Part shown: piece after piece, positions 11,791-25,024 of the stretch
Position numbering within the stretch: the stretch's first letter is position 1
How the letters are laid out: every line of letters begins with the position of its first letter
Source of the DNA: Podarcis gaigeae
Taxonomy: Eukaryota
Length of the DNA stretch: 64,000 nt
Assembly: GCA_964106915.2 (NCBI GenBank)
Contig: OZ066919.1
Strand: one strand, 5' to 3'
Notes under the pieces: generated by a model
What the model saw: the letters and a program-made list of their open reading frames with translations, nothing else
Told to the model about the DNA's origin: nothing
Databases searched by the model: none
Made by a program: the position numbers and the translations under genes

Positions 11791-12239
11791 GTAAAAGGGG
11801 AAGCAGGGAGTAGAGAGTGGCAGACCTTAAGCAAATCTTTCGGACTTGGTAGTAAAAATGTAGAATTTTCTCAGCCTGAGGGGCACAAGGAGACATGTCT
11901 TACAAACTATCAGGGTTCCCAAAGTTAAGCATGAACCTCTTGGAAGAGGTGAAAGGGTTTGATTGCTGTAACATGAATTCTCTCACTGTGTTGTGGCCAA
12001 GCACCAAAAATTGTAATGTGGTGTAGAAAATAGTGGGGGAAAGCAGCACAATCGAGACAGGGTGTAGCTGACTGATATTTTCTGTTGCAGTGGACCACAA
12101 GTGCCTAAATTCAACTCCACCTTTGCCAGGTTGCAGTAGCCAACTTATTTCAAATGTGATGCACGTATTATAGCAGTTCCTAATGTTTCTCAATGTATTT
12201 CCATGCTTTTTTTAATATCCTACTTTTTTATGTTCACAG

Positions 12240-14341
12240 TTGGTGGAAACTCTTCTCAGAGCAGTTCACCTAGTTCGAGTGTTCCCAACTCCCCTGCTAG
12301 TTCGGGACATATCCGACCCAGCTCTTTGCATGGACTAGCACCAAAGCTTCAACGGCAATATCGATCTCCACGCCGTAAATCTGCAGGGAACATTCCTCTC
12401 TCGCCACTAGCTCACACTCCCTCGCCAACCCCACAGTCTACGTCACCTCAGCGCTCCCCTTCTCCTTTGCCAGGGCATTCAGTTGGCAGTTCATGCATCA
12501 TGCAATCATTTCCTGTCAAGTTGCACTCCTCCCCACCTCTTGTCCGACAGATTTCAAGGCCCAAGAGTGCTGAGCCGCCAAGATCCCCTTTGCTGAAGAG
12601 AGTCCAGTCAGCTGAAAAACTTACCTCCTCTCTCTCTTCAGAAAAAAAGATGTCGTCTTCGCGCAAGCATAGCTTGGACATCTCCCATTCAGAATTCAAA
12701 AAGGAGATGCTCCAGAGAGATCCTGGCCTCCAAAGTTGGCAGGAATCCATGAGTGAAACAACTGGAGGCAAAGTTGGACTTGCAGAAAAAGGGACCCTGC
12801 AGAAACCTTCTTCCAGAAAACTGGGACCTATTCGGCACGATAGGGTGGAGCGAAGGGAGTCTCTACAGAAGCAGGAGGCCATCACAGAAGTAGATTCTTC
12901 TGAAGATGAAACTGACGAAGGATCAGAAGATAGTCAAGATGGGAAGAAAATGGACAGGCCAGCCTTCAGCAGAGACCACCAAGTTTCTGATCCTTTCTCC
13001 GAGGATATAAAGCGTTCTTCCAAGTTGGAAAGCAAAGACAGTATGGAGGATGATGCGTTTCTTCCTGAGGAACCAAAAACTGTCAGTTTGCAGAAAGGGG
13101 CAGATCAACACCAACCAAAGGATGTTGCAAGGACACCACTGGCCGGTATAGATGAGTCACAATCTGAAGTTTGTGTGAGAACTTCTATTGAAAAATTTGG
13201 TGACAGTGAAGCAGTTAAGCTAACAGATTCTGAAACCCCATTAGAGTCAGGACAAGGCAATACTCTCAAACTTGCTAATCAGAAATGTGCCTGTTTTGAA
13301 GATGCTGAGGACCCTAAACAAACTCTGATTATCCAGGAAAGCATAGACTGCCCAGAGCAGGTGAAGTGCCTACCAGTGAGATATCTGCAGCTCGGTCAAG
13401 GTGACTGTTCAGGCCTAGCAAGTGGCAAAGATAACCTGAAGGAATTTGCTTCTACAGAAACTACGTATATGTTGTCTCATGATATTATGCCTTTGTTAGC
13501 ACTTTCTTCTTCTACTTGCACAACTAGCACAAGCTCTCTTCCACTAATAAGCCAAATGGACTGCAAAGATGCACCTCTGAAACAGGAAGCCCAGTCTGTC
13601 AAGGAAAGCACCAGTATTCCGAACCTGACAAGCAGTGGCAAAACTTCTTCACAAAGGTCTCCTGATGCCGAAGAATCACAAGGCTTGTCATCTGCAGCAT
13701 TAGTTTCAAAACACAAAAGTCATACAAGTGATACAAACTTAAGTTGTCCTATAGGAAGACCAAGTCTCACACTTGATGCAGCAGCTGAAAATGGAAAATC
13801 AGTTTGCCCAGCTCCTTTAGCAATAGGTGCAAAAGGCATGTTGGGCCCAGGAAATATTAACGTATCTGGCTCAAGAGAACTAGAAAGAACAAGAGAAGAG
13901 TTCCCCCCGAAGGAACTGTTTCATATGAAAGAGAGTATGCCAAAGGAAGAAATACAGGAAACACTAAAGGAAGGCCCAGGCCCAGTAACAGCCAAACCTT
14001 TCAGCATAGGTAGTCTCATTAAAATATGTGGTTCCCATATTGGGTCCGAAAGCCTAGCAGAGTCTTTGGAGCCAGAGTGTTCAGTGGGAGCAAAAGAGAA
14101 GCCAGGGACTGGTAATTCTAAGGTACCTGAAATTTTGGAGGACAGGTGGCAATTGCCTCCACCTGAAAAACAGGCAGATGGCACAGCAAGGCAGAGCACA
14201 GGGGTTTCATCTGGACCAGATTCTAGCCAGAATTCCAAAAAGGAAACTGCTCTGATGCCAGGAGAAATCAGAGAGGCTGGAGGTCAATCACAAACAAGAG
14301 ACTTCCTGTTGTCAGATGGTGATGTCGTGAAGAAAACATAG
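12240..14341 (+). CDS. MAST2: MAST2 last coding exon ([14 protein letters not shown]...[12 protein letters not shown]...[21 protein letters not shown]...[14 protein letters not shown])
   Basis: Acceptor ttcacag|; 2102 nt open to TAG at 14339-14341; several MAST-conserved motifs; about 700 aa. Confidence 0.96.
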
Positions 14342-14930
14342 CAACATATCTACATTCAGAAGCAAAAACAACATTAGTAGAACACAAATATAAAACACAA
14401 AACTTGTGCAACTTTTTTTGTTGATTTGTGTTTTCACACTCTTGCCTTTTTCATTCTTGCAATTCTATTTTTGTACTCAGCATTTGATGCCTCTTAGCAG
14501 GGTATCTTTAAAGCAAGATTAAAAAATGATTTCCAAACTCTCCCCGCTCCCACATTTTTGGCCCTAAATTTGAAGCATTCTGTTAAATATCTATTTTCTT
14601 TCAAAATTCCAGGCAATTACATTTGCCAAATTAGACCGCTCACTTGGAAATGGCACATTTTGAGCACAAATTCCAAATTTTAGTCCTTGTTTCCAAAATT
14701 TTAGGTCATGTCTTTTAAGTTGGCAAGGATTAAAATAAACACTTTTGATGGCAGACTGTTCTGAATCATTATGCCACCTCACATATCTTCTTACATATCA
14801 TAGACGTCCAATTTATGTATATCTGTGAGGAAACCTTTTGTCAGCTTGTGCAATGGGGCAATATCCTCCTTTTAAAAAGAATGTTAAGCAAAACGTCAAA
14901 ATAAAATTTTTAGTTTATTTTTGATTTTTT
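14342..14930 (+). other. MAST2: MAST2 3' UTR (end approximate)
   Basis: AT-rich sequence after the stop codon, with AATAAA at 14734-14739 and 14900-14905; the second is followed by U-rich sequence. Confidence 0.55.
14900..14905 (+). terminator. Candidate polyadenylation signal of MAST2 (alternative at 14734-14739)
   Basis: AATAAA followed by a T-rich stretch (ttttagtttatttttgattttttt). Confidence 0.5.
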
Positions 14931-15087
14931 TTAAAGGCTTTGATTTAAAAGAAGATTACTTCTTTTTCTCCCTTTTTAGAATTTTTAATCCTTTTTGCTC
15001 AAAGTAGTCAGTAACCTCAAAAGAGGCACATGGTGCTTCAGTTATGCTAACTCAGGAGTAAGGGGCCTGTAGGCTATCACTGTAATT

Positions 15088-15190
15088 GCTAACTACATCT
15101 CCCATCATCCCTGACTATTGGTCATGCTGGCTAGGGCTGATGGGAGTTGCAGTCCAGTAACACCTGGAGGCCACAGGTTCCCCACCCCTG
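15088..15190. mobile_element. Partial non-autonomous hAT element
   Basis: ctacatctcccatcatccct...gggctgatgggagttgcagtcc...ccccacccctg; same family type as 10458 and 25128. Confidence 0.65.
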
Positions 15191-16102
15191 CTTTAGCAAC
15201 CTAAGCTAATTTACTTTACTGACATGTTGCTGTGAGAGGCAAACATTTGGGACTGTCACACCCCCAGTCTTATGGAGCTATCTTGATTGTTGTGGACGAA
15301 CGTTAAAATCCAGTGAAGTGTTCGCATTTGACTTTGTGAGTGAGAGAAGTGATCTTCATTGATTCATCAGGAGGCAGCTAAGACCAAACCGTGTCTAAGT
15401 GAAATAGTCCTGTTAGCATTAGTGTCTCTTTCCCAAGTGTAAGTAGGTAATTCAGTAAATTGACCCTTCAGTCATATAGAAAGTTTATTATAATTCAACG
15501 TTCCCTTCCATGGTTTAATCCACCTACTACCTTTCTTAAATGTCTATATTTTCTAAGTAACCTTTTGAATGTTTTGAAAGTTCAACATCAGTTGGTGCTT
15601 TTTGCTTAAAGACATCTGAGTCTATGATACTGCACTGATACATACAGTATAGCACTAGCTGCAGCATTTCAAGTATATTACTTATTGAATTTAATTAGTT
15701 TATAGGCAAAAGTAACTATTTCCATAAACTCCACAATACTTACAGCCTTGCCTAACAGAATGCATCTGTGTGTGTCTGTGTGAGCAGAGAAAGTAATTAT
15801 TTACATAGTCTGCTGTTCTACCTACAGAGGTGATCACATGTTGACTAATAGCTCTCCAGGGCAAGCACTGCAATTCATTACAGCACAGCTTTATTGCTCA
15901 GCCAGGTTTCTGATATGAAGGCTCTTCCTGCACCATTTCTCCTTACAGAGCCTACATGTACTTTTTGACTAGGAATATGCTCTTAAATCCTTAATTTATT
16001 ATAATCTCATTTCAAGTGTGTCTTGCCCAAACTCCCTGATTCTCCCCACTACATACCCAATTATTTGGTTTTAGTTTTGGACCAATTTATTTTTGATTTG
16101 GG

Positions 16103-16264
16103 NNNNNNNNNNNNNNNNNNNNNNNNNNNNNNNNNNNNNNNNNNNNNNNNNNNNNNNNNNNNNNNNNNNNNNNNNNNNNNNNNNNNNNNNNNNNNNNNNN
16201 NNNNNNNNNNNNNNNNNNNNNNNNNNNNNNNNNNNNNNNNNNNNNNNNNNNNNNNNNNNNNNNN
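16103..16264. other. Assembly gap (162 N)
   Basis: Run of N. Confidence 1.
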
Positions 16265-19200
16265 GAAAGATCCATTGGCTTTCTTATACAGAACTTGAAG
16301 CTTCAGTACTCAAAACTTCAATAGTAGTTCCCCACAGTGATTTAAGATCTGCTAATCTCTTTAATCCTGCCGCCAGTGCACAATAGCTAAATTTATGCAT
16401 TAACATTTTTAAAATAAACCATTAGGCTTTCCTCCATCCAGCCACACCTTTATCTTACCAGCCTTTCCTATCACTTTGCTGTGTTGCTCTCAGAACAGAG
16501 GCAACTGGGGCCTCAGTGAATACATACATTCAGAGAAAGGGAATTGATGGCATAGCCACTCAGAAATGCACATTAACTTGAATAATGTAAAAATATTAAA
16601 TGCATTGATTTACACTGTGTGAATTTGAGCCCCGGGGATGAATAATGTAGCTTCAAACATACCTTCTAGCATCTGTTTACATAAAGGCAGCCAAAGGATT
16701 TATATCTCTAGTTTAGCCAAATAAAGCATATTGGGCCACCTCATTTCAGTATAGATGCCACTTAGATATTACCTTTTTATGTATTCATTCTACCATTACC
16801 AGGAAACCTATGTAATTGTTAAAGCCTGCAGAAGCCTTCATTTTTCATGTTACTTGATATATTCCTGTAACTGTTGTCCCACTTCAGTAAAAATGATTGG
16901 CCACAAAAAAATTGTTGCATCGAAACCACATGGCAGTAAATCAGATTTATTCTTTGGACATCTAATATATATATATTGAAGAGTTTAGACAATCATGATG
17001 TTTCTGAGGGAAAAATTTGAGGTCTTAGGCTTAATATTTTTAAGTGCTTATCAGGAGGCAGCATGTGATGAGAGTTGAACTGATGTTACCATGTTGAGGA
17101 GACAGGTGTTTGCATAACTATAGTCTAGTTAAGCCACTATATGTATACAGTGTTGATCCAGTTACCTGAGACTGATCTCCATGATGTTCCATGAATGGGG
17201 AGGATTGGATAACTTTGTTTAGGCATGCAATATACACAGTCCCCTTAGCAAGTTGCTTTCCCACTTTCTCTTATTTTCGTTTGGTGTCTAGAATTTCAAC
17301 TTTAGTTTCCTTTAAACCTTTCAATATCCAGCTGGTGCATTTCTCAGCAATACTTCACACCATTATATGGTGCATCTAAAACCATCAAATAGATATTAAG
17401 TGTAAATATTAGACTTTCGCCTTGCCTAAAAACCACTCCTGGGGAATAATGCCTAAGACTTTTTGGTGTTTGTTATGCTACGGAAGAATACTCAACATAG
17501 ACAGGGTAAAAGGAATGACCTGTGGGGCTTTTTTCCCTCATTAGCACTGAATTAAGGTGCTCTTTGGGGGTTTTGTTTGTTTCTTCCTGTGGGGAGGATT
17601 GTGTCTTTCTCCAGTTTTCTCTTACTGGACATGAAGGATGATGCCGTACTTCTAGTGGGTGATTTTACAGCTGTGTGTGTGTTTACATTGTGTTTTGGTT
17701 TTTGTTATTCTGGAGGCTGTGAGCCCACCTTTCAAGATGGGCTTCAATTTCAAGTTGGTGCCAATCAGCACCTGACTAGCAGAAACATAATGTTGGGATA
17801 TAAGTGTTTTTAGAAACTTGAACAATTGCCACATAATAGAGGTGCAATAATTTTTATTCCTGTTGTACCTGCATGTTGATGTTCAAATACTCCTGAAATA
17901 CACTTCATTTTTTTTACATAAACCCGTGTCCATTTCTTAATTATTTCTCTTCAGAGGTTTTCCTGTGATACGTTGCATTAATCCTGTGTTTCACTTGATC
18001 CATGCTCAGTGTCCTGCAACAACCCTAATGGGCTTTGGTACAGTGGTTCAGTTCACATGTTGTAGCAAACTATACTTAATGGTTTACTGTAAACACAAAG
18101 ATTGCTTCCACTTAGTTCCTCCCCTAGTGGGAGCTACAAACCACAATCCCTGGCTTAGCATTATGCCTGAGCCAGTGAATTCCCCCTCTCCCAATCCATG
18201 ATGGGTAAGCCAAGAAGAAACCTTTGTTTCACATCATGGTTTGTTTGGAGCAAAACAAAGGTAGTACTATGCCAGGTGTTGTGATTCATTAGTCCCTCTT
18301 AACTGTTTTATGATATGCAAATCCAACCAATGGGTGGATGCATATAAGACTTGCCAGTTGATAATGTACTTCGGTGTTCATGTCAACTGCTTCTTGATAC
18401 TGTAGACTGCGTGCCAGTGTTATATGTACTGTGGTAATTTACCACTTGGTAAGTGGTCACTTGCATTCACTCCTGTTCTTCCATGAAATCTAGTTCTTTC
18501 ATCATAACATAGTTCAATATACCAGCAGCCTGGGAAGATGGCCATGGGTGGTGGGTGCAGTTTTATTTGAGCAGTCATCCTATGCCTTCCTACCACTAAT
18601 ATGCAACATATTTCCGTACAAGTACTATGCTTGGGCATCATGTAAAATGAGCTCTGCGATTCCATAGTCTTGTTCCATAGACAGCCAGACACATGTACTC
18701 ACATAAGAAATAAATGTAGAGCTATAAAAACCTTAAGAGAGGGCAGTGCCTGGGAGCTATCACCCTCTCTCCATTGTGTTCCTGCAGCAAAGGCTTAGGC
18801 CGCTGTGCAACAATTTAGCCCCTGCCACACTCCATTCCTGCACCTCATGAGGGAAAATGAACTGTTTACTCAAGAGAGGAGGGAGTCAACAGCTATTCCT
18901 CTCTGTACAATGCTGAAATGAAGTTACAGCTTTCAGCAGACACCATCATCTTATGAAGTAAGCCAGCTGTTTGTTCTGGATGTAAAACAACTGGGGACCA
19001 GGGTCTTTACATTGCTTTAAAGCATGTTTTATAGTTATTCCCTGCCCCGCCCCCAAATAATTATGGGCACTGTGTTTTGTTAAGGGTTGCTGGGAATTGT
19101 AAATTGGTGCAGGATAAACTACAGTGTCTAGAATTCTTTGGGGGGGGACACACACATGCGGTTCAAATGTGGTCAAAGGGGGGGGGGGCATGTGGTTCAA

Positions 19201-19829
19201 ATGTGGTCAAAAGGTATCCTGCGTATGCAGCCGTAGACATAGGCTAACGACCATTTTAAGCACAAGCGGCTGATTCCAAGCTGCTCTAGGAGGCAGGTGG
19301 TCCCTCCTCCCAATATTAGCTCTTGGCTCACCAATGGCATGGCTTGCATATTTTTCACCACATAGAAAGGCCTTCATGCTGCTGTTTGTTTCTTTATACA
19401 CACCTATCCTGCAACTCCTGAGGGGAATTGAGAGCTGTTTGCTCAGAAGAGGAAAGGCTAAGGGCTTCAATAGGCCTGGCCTGCCTCTGTAAGGCACTGG
19501 GGTAGAGAATAAATGGGCCAAAGCGGCCACACTGCTCATGACAGCCCTGAGGTTAAAAAAGGCGGGAAAGCAGGAGAGGCCTATAGCACCTTGGTGGGAC
19601 ATAGCTCTAGTTGCTGCTTGAGGCTGTGTTACATCTGCTGAGGTGAGGGATGCAGTGATGGCTGGCACTATGATGGAGATTATGATCACTGTCACCTGGG
19701 ACCTAGGCCACATTTCAAAAGGTAAATAAAAGGAGCAAAAACCACACAGTAGAAAAAATAATATTATCCAATGTGCTTCAGATCACTCTGGTCCTTCCTT
19801 AGGGAAACTATAATTTTTTAAAAAATATA

Positions 19830-19962
19830 CCGTATTTTCCTGTCTATATTTTGGGGGACTCAGATTTAAGAAAATGAGGGAAGATGCATCCATGTATAAG
19901 ATGCTTCCTAATTTTTGACATTATTTTTTAGGGGAAAAACCTAGTCATACACGGAAAAATAG
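19830..19962. mobile_element. Degraded Tc1/mariner (Tc2-like) MITE
   Basis: TA-CCGTATTTT left end and a decayed GAAAAATAG-TA right end; same end type as 59377-59545. Confidence 0.6.
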
Positions 19963-21950
19963 TAATTACCCAAACTGAATACTGTATAAAGAAGCTCTTC
20001 ATAAACAATATGTAAATATCATGATCATCTTAGAAAGAACCACTATTCAAAAGAAAATATACAAGTGTAAGTATTTTAAGAATATTTGTTCTTTTGACTA
20101 TCATAAAAACAGAATACATATGTGCATATGCAATAACAAAGGTAGGTTACTTGCTCAAATAGACATTCAATATTTTGTCATACCTGCACTACTACACCAA
20201 ACGGAAATCAAGCGTAGCTGTTGACACTGCAAAATGTCATGGGATGTGGCAGAGTTAGGCAAATCATGGGTTGCTAGGTTAAACAGGGCAGCCTAAGGAC
20301 ATTTTTTTTGCCCCAAAGATGGTGTGTGGCTTCCGCTTTCCACATGCACAAAATGATTGGTAGTTGAATCTTGGGGGGTGGGGTGTCCTTTTAATTGCAC
20401 ATGCATTATGAATGCCATTAATTATGGTATTAGGGAGGCTACATGCAATCCTACTTTCAATATTCTGCCCGTGAATTTTTTTTCAGAGTGAACATACTGC
20501 ATGTCACATAGCTTCCTGCTAAAATCTTGTAATTTTTCATAGCACAAATATTCCTGTTGTTGCTGTTGTTTTGGTTCCACTTTGCTGCATTATAGCCACA
20601 AAAGTACATCTCCAGGCAGAAATAATGTAACACTGAAGAAGGATCGTGGAACAACTAATAAGTGATGTGTGGATGGTCCCATATAGATCTGCCACCCAGA
20701 GTGGTTGCTTCACTCTGTTTAATGGTAGGGCTGGCCTTGCTGAGCAGCTGATTTGCTTTCCTCCCAGACCAGAAGGCAAGTATGTGAGAGAAGATGTGCC
20801 GCAGAAAAGAGGTCCTTGCAAGCCTTTTTCACTTCAGCTTTCCTGCTCTTCGTGTAATTGGGAAAAGCAAAGTGCAGCAAGCTGTGTCAGAAGAGGAACG
20901 CTGCCTCTCCTCAGAAGTGCTAACCAAAGCACATCCCAAGTGGTGTATTTCTCCTCCAATAGAAATAAACTGCTAGAATAAAGCTGAAACAATGCCACAT
21001 CAGAAATGTGCTGCCTACTGGTTAATAGGGCGCAACTGAGAAGTGTGAGGAAGCACTTCTTGTGACGCGTATTAGCTCAGGGTCTAGAGTGGGAGAAAAT
21101 CAGATGCCTCGTGTGTGATATCGGGACCTTGCCCAATTTAATAACTCCAAGAGCACCTGATCTTGCCCCACAAGCCAGGAGACATGGAATAGGAGTTTAC
21201 TGTAAGAAGCTTGCTTTTTCTGGCCACAAAGTAATTAAATGTGTGATTGAGTTTGCGCTTTATAGTGCACACTAGCAAGCTGGGTAGGTAGTCCTGATTG
21301 CCCAGTGCCAGAAACACACACTAGATCCACAATACCACCCCTCAAACTGTCTAGTGTATGGTACTGATAGAACTGCAGTGGAAATCTTACATGTTGGAAT
21401 TCAATATATGCTCAGCTTTCCAATCCTGTGTACTTGCATCAGAAAGAGAAAGCTATGCCATACTTCAAACATTGCATTGTGCATGTGTTGTTCTATGCTC
21501 AGTTTTAAGAGGCATTAAGTACTGAGTATGATTGGTTGAAGTGGAGAGGGGGGAGAGATGTTGCTGGACACCAACAATGTCACAAAGTATATCTGTTGGC
21601 TACCCTAATGTTAGTACGACATCATTTCACTTACCAAATGCAATAGCAGTCAACAGGCTATGCAGGTTGGGTGGGGGAAAGTTTCCTCTTTCCCCATATA
21701 TTGCAGCCATGTTCCAGTTATAAATAAACAAAGAATTCAGCAGAAAAGAGGACAGGGAGAAAACTGGAAATACAGTTACAGTAGCTCCATCTACTGTTCT
21801 TCTTGCTTCCCACCCTATCAGCTACAGTGGGCAATGCCCACTGCTGTTGTTACAAGAGTTCTCTGCAGACTTAATCTGTTGCACCTACAGCAGTGGAAGC
21901 TGAATGATTTCCACTGAAATCAATAGGTTCCCCTAAATGCCACTAGCTTT

Positions 21951-21965
21951 CCACTAGAGGGCAGC
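21951..21965 (+). promoter_or_regulatory. Candidate CTCF binding site
   Basis: CCACTAGAGGGCAGC fits the CTCF core CC[AG][CG][CT]AG[AG][GT]GGC[AG]. Confidence 0.55.
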
Positions 21966-22774
21966 ATTGTTGCACAATAATAAAATGCAGAGGCTGAATC
22001 TTGGGGATTTTCCCCTCTTCTGTGTTAAATATGACCACTGATGCCATTACTTAGATCCATCATGTGTGGCATCACAATACGGCATAGCCCACTGCTGTGC
22101 AACTATTTCTCCTTAAACAAGAAAATCACCTTATGCTTGTTATATATAGGGCAGCTAACTCAATAAGTCTGTGCTGTGAAGTACTGTACTGGCTGTGGGT
22201 ATCAGACAGTCACTGACCCTTTGGAGATTTCAGCACCTGTTCAGTTGTTTTCAACTGTTTCTAATGTTGTTTTAATGTTGTAACCTGGACTGGGACCTTA
22301 AAGCGAAGAGTGGGAAATAAATAAAAACCAGAATACATCTTTAGTCCACTAGGTCTCCCAGAAGATAATCCTGGCCTGGTTAATTATGAAATAGTAAAAT
22401 TGTATTTAAATAGGTTTCTACTTGATTATTAATATATTTTATTTATCTCTCTTTTTTACATCACTTTGACATTCTTTTGAATATAACATGATTAATTTTT
22501 TTTCTAAATGCTGTACAATAATAGGCAGATTGCACAATAATAATAAAAATAAGCAAATTGATTAGCTTTGAATTAGGGCTACCATATTAACAAGAAACAC
22601 ACACAAACAACCCTACCCTCTTTTCCCTGGAAGCAGCCACCCTTTCTGGATTTAAAAAGTTATTAAATTATTAAGAAATGTACTGTGTCTTAAATTATTT
22701 AGTAATGTAGTAAAAAAATATATCTTGTTATACAAATTCATTACTCCGATTTAAAATGCACATCTTTTTTCTGC

Positions 22775-22880
22775 ACAGAAGTCTTGTTGGATCCGGCCAA
22801 AGGTCTACTTAGTCCAGCACCCTAATTTCACAGTGGCCAACCAGATGCCTATGGGAAGGAAGCCTGTAAGCAGGATCTGA
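22775..22880. mobile_element. Short interspersed-repeat fragment (SINE/LINE tail); related copy at 29975-30060
   Basis: Both sites share ggatc(c/a)ggcca...tcacagtg(g/a)ccaaccagatgcctatgggaag. Confidence 0.6.
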
Positions 22881-25024
22881 GTTATTTGGTCATATGTTGT
22901 TTCTATCATTCAGATATTTTAAATATCCTGGAATGCATTTGGAAAAAATGTATACAGTGCTACAAATAAGCATGGTGGCTCTGATGTGTCAATGACATTC
23001 ACAAACATATTTTAATAAATATAGTCATTAATGGAGGTAGCCATAAATGGCAAATTCAGAAATGATTCTTGAAAGGAGGGTGCAGTAACTAACTCTAACT
23101 CTATAGAACATTATTTGGTGTTGCATGAGCATCATCCTTAGGAATAGAAGTTTATAACGCTGGGAAATGTTCTGAGGGAGGAAACTGCAGTTATAACAAG
23201 CCCAGCTGGAAAGTTTTCAGGTTTTTCAGTAAATGAAGTTCTTTAGGTCACAAGTAAGGAAGCAAACAGGCATGTGAGTGGCAGTTGCTTCCTATATTAA
23301 ATATGCCACCGTGCCATACCCCCTTGTTCCTTATTGTCTGCCTCTCTTGGCCACATGGCATAGCCAAGTACGCACACAAGATGGCAGTGGGCAGCAGTGT
23401 CAAGTACTTTGATTGTTGTTAGCTGCCCTGAGCCTGGCGTCGGCTGGGGAGGGCGGGATATAAATAAAATTATTATAATTATTATTACTTTCTGGTACTT
23501 TGTAGTATACCCCCTACTAGTCTATAACATCTAGTAGGTACATAGCTATGATGACCAGTAACAGGCCTGGTTCATAATTTATCTCTGTGTCTGAAACTAG
23601 AGCACATTTTGATGGTGGGTTGATTCAGGAAAAAAGCAGCTAGAGACTGGGAGGAAGGGAGCTTTGATGCTTTTAATGGCTTTTGTGGTTGTGGCAGATG
23701 ACTGGGATTTAAATTCAGGGACTAGGAGAGGGCTTCCATGTGCCCCAATGTGTTGGGAAACGGAGACAAGCAGAAGTAGCAAGAAAGAGGAGAGATTTTG
23801 GGAGTGATATGGCATGCTTAAGGGAAATATGAAACCCCAGGGTGGCAGTTTGTGGGTGGTCCCTGCTAATAATTTTCTTTTATTGTATTTGGCTATATGT
23901 AAAGTATTGGAAGCTTGACCTTCATCCTAAGATTTTGGGAAAGGGTGGATGCTAAATCTCCCCTACTCTATACTCCGGGCAATTCATGGTAGGTGGGGGC
24001 TCCCCTATGCTTTACTTGCATGTATCTGGTGACCCAGTCCTCCCCAGGCACCCCCCGCAGTGCTGCTCCTGTTCCTGCTCTGACCATCCCACCTACCCAC
24101 TCTTTCCTTGCCTCAGTCCTCAAGTCCTTTCCATAATATTGCAAATAACCCTGTCCCACCACTTCTCTTATATTGCACAATTAGCTTCAAATCAGGGCTG
24201 CCACACATACAAACAATTCTGCTCACTTTCTCATCTCTGTAAGTAGTCACCCTCTCCAAAATTAAAAAGTTATTAGAGGAACAATCTGGTCAATAAGTCA
24301 GCTTAAAATCTATGAAAAACCCCTTCCCTGTCAGCTTTCTAAGTTGCCAGCTGGAAGGTGCCCAACAAGAAAATTACTGAAACAAAACCGTCTGTCATTC
24401 CTAAGGGACCAGAAAAGATTTTTTCCCTTCTCCCTTTCCCCTTCTTGTTTGCTACATTTTAAAAATAAATATGAAGCATCAGGCAGATTGTTCTAAGGAG
24501 TCCTTCAAGTATTGGTTTCTCACACTGCGTTATGAAAGACTTTTGCCTTCAGGCACAGACTAATAAACAGATAATAACACAGGGGGCAAAGTCCCATGCT
24601 GCAGCTTATTTTCATAACTTTCATTTACTTTTCCTATAAATGTTTCATTTTTCAACCAGGAGGAAGAGAGGAGGACTGGCAGAGGTCTCACAACAGTGGT
24701 GCCAGTGGTGCAGACTTGCTCCTAATTAGAAATAGCAAGGGATTGGGCAGGCAGAGCAGTGTAGGAAATGCACAGCAAGCCCCTTCCTTAGAAGCATAGC
24801 TCCCCTCAAGTGGGGAAAGTGTTGGAATCAATGTATATAGGCATACTCCCCTCCCCACCCCCACTTTCTTATTCTCTTTGAAATGAGAGTGAGAGTGGCT
24901 CATGCATTCACACACATTCCCATGGAAATCTTCAAAAACTGAAAGAAACTGCATTGTGTTGGACATACACAGAGAGGCTTTTGTGGGTTATAAGTGGAGG
25001 GTCATGCCTAGCCCCTACCTGGTA

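Noticed and set aside
12203-12239. Start of the 712-aa ORF as a standalone single-exon gene
   Set aside because: [12 protein letters not shown] is the translated polypyrimidine tract. The real acceptor is at 12238-12239 and the frame continues from upstream exons.
12448-14238. Minus-strand ORFs (145, 63, 79, 105 aa) overlapping the last MAST2 exon
   Set aside because: Antisense shadows of a long coding exon with no recognisable protein features.
1370-14341. Assignment to MAST1, MAST3 or MAST4
   Set aside because: [50 protein letters not shown] and the C-terminal residues fit MAST2 as recalled. A reciprocal BLAST would confirm.
16023-16386. ORFs spanning the N run
   Set aside because: Artefacts of the assembly gap.
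18115-18133. CTCF-like motif on the minus strand (CCACTAGGGGAGG)
   Set aside because: It lacks the core GGC and lies in a degraded repeat.
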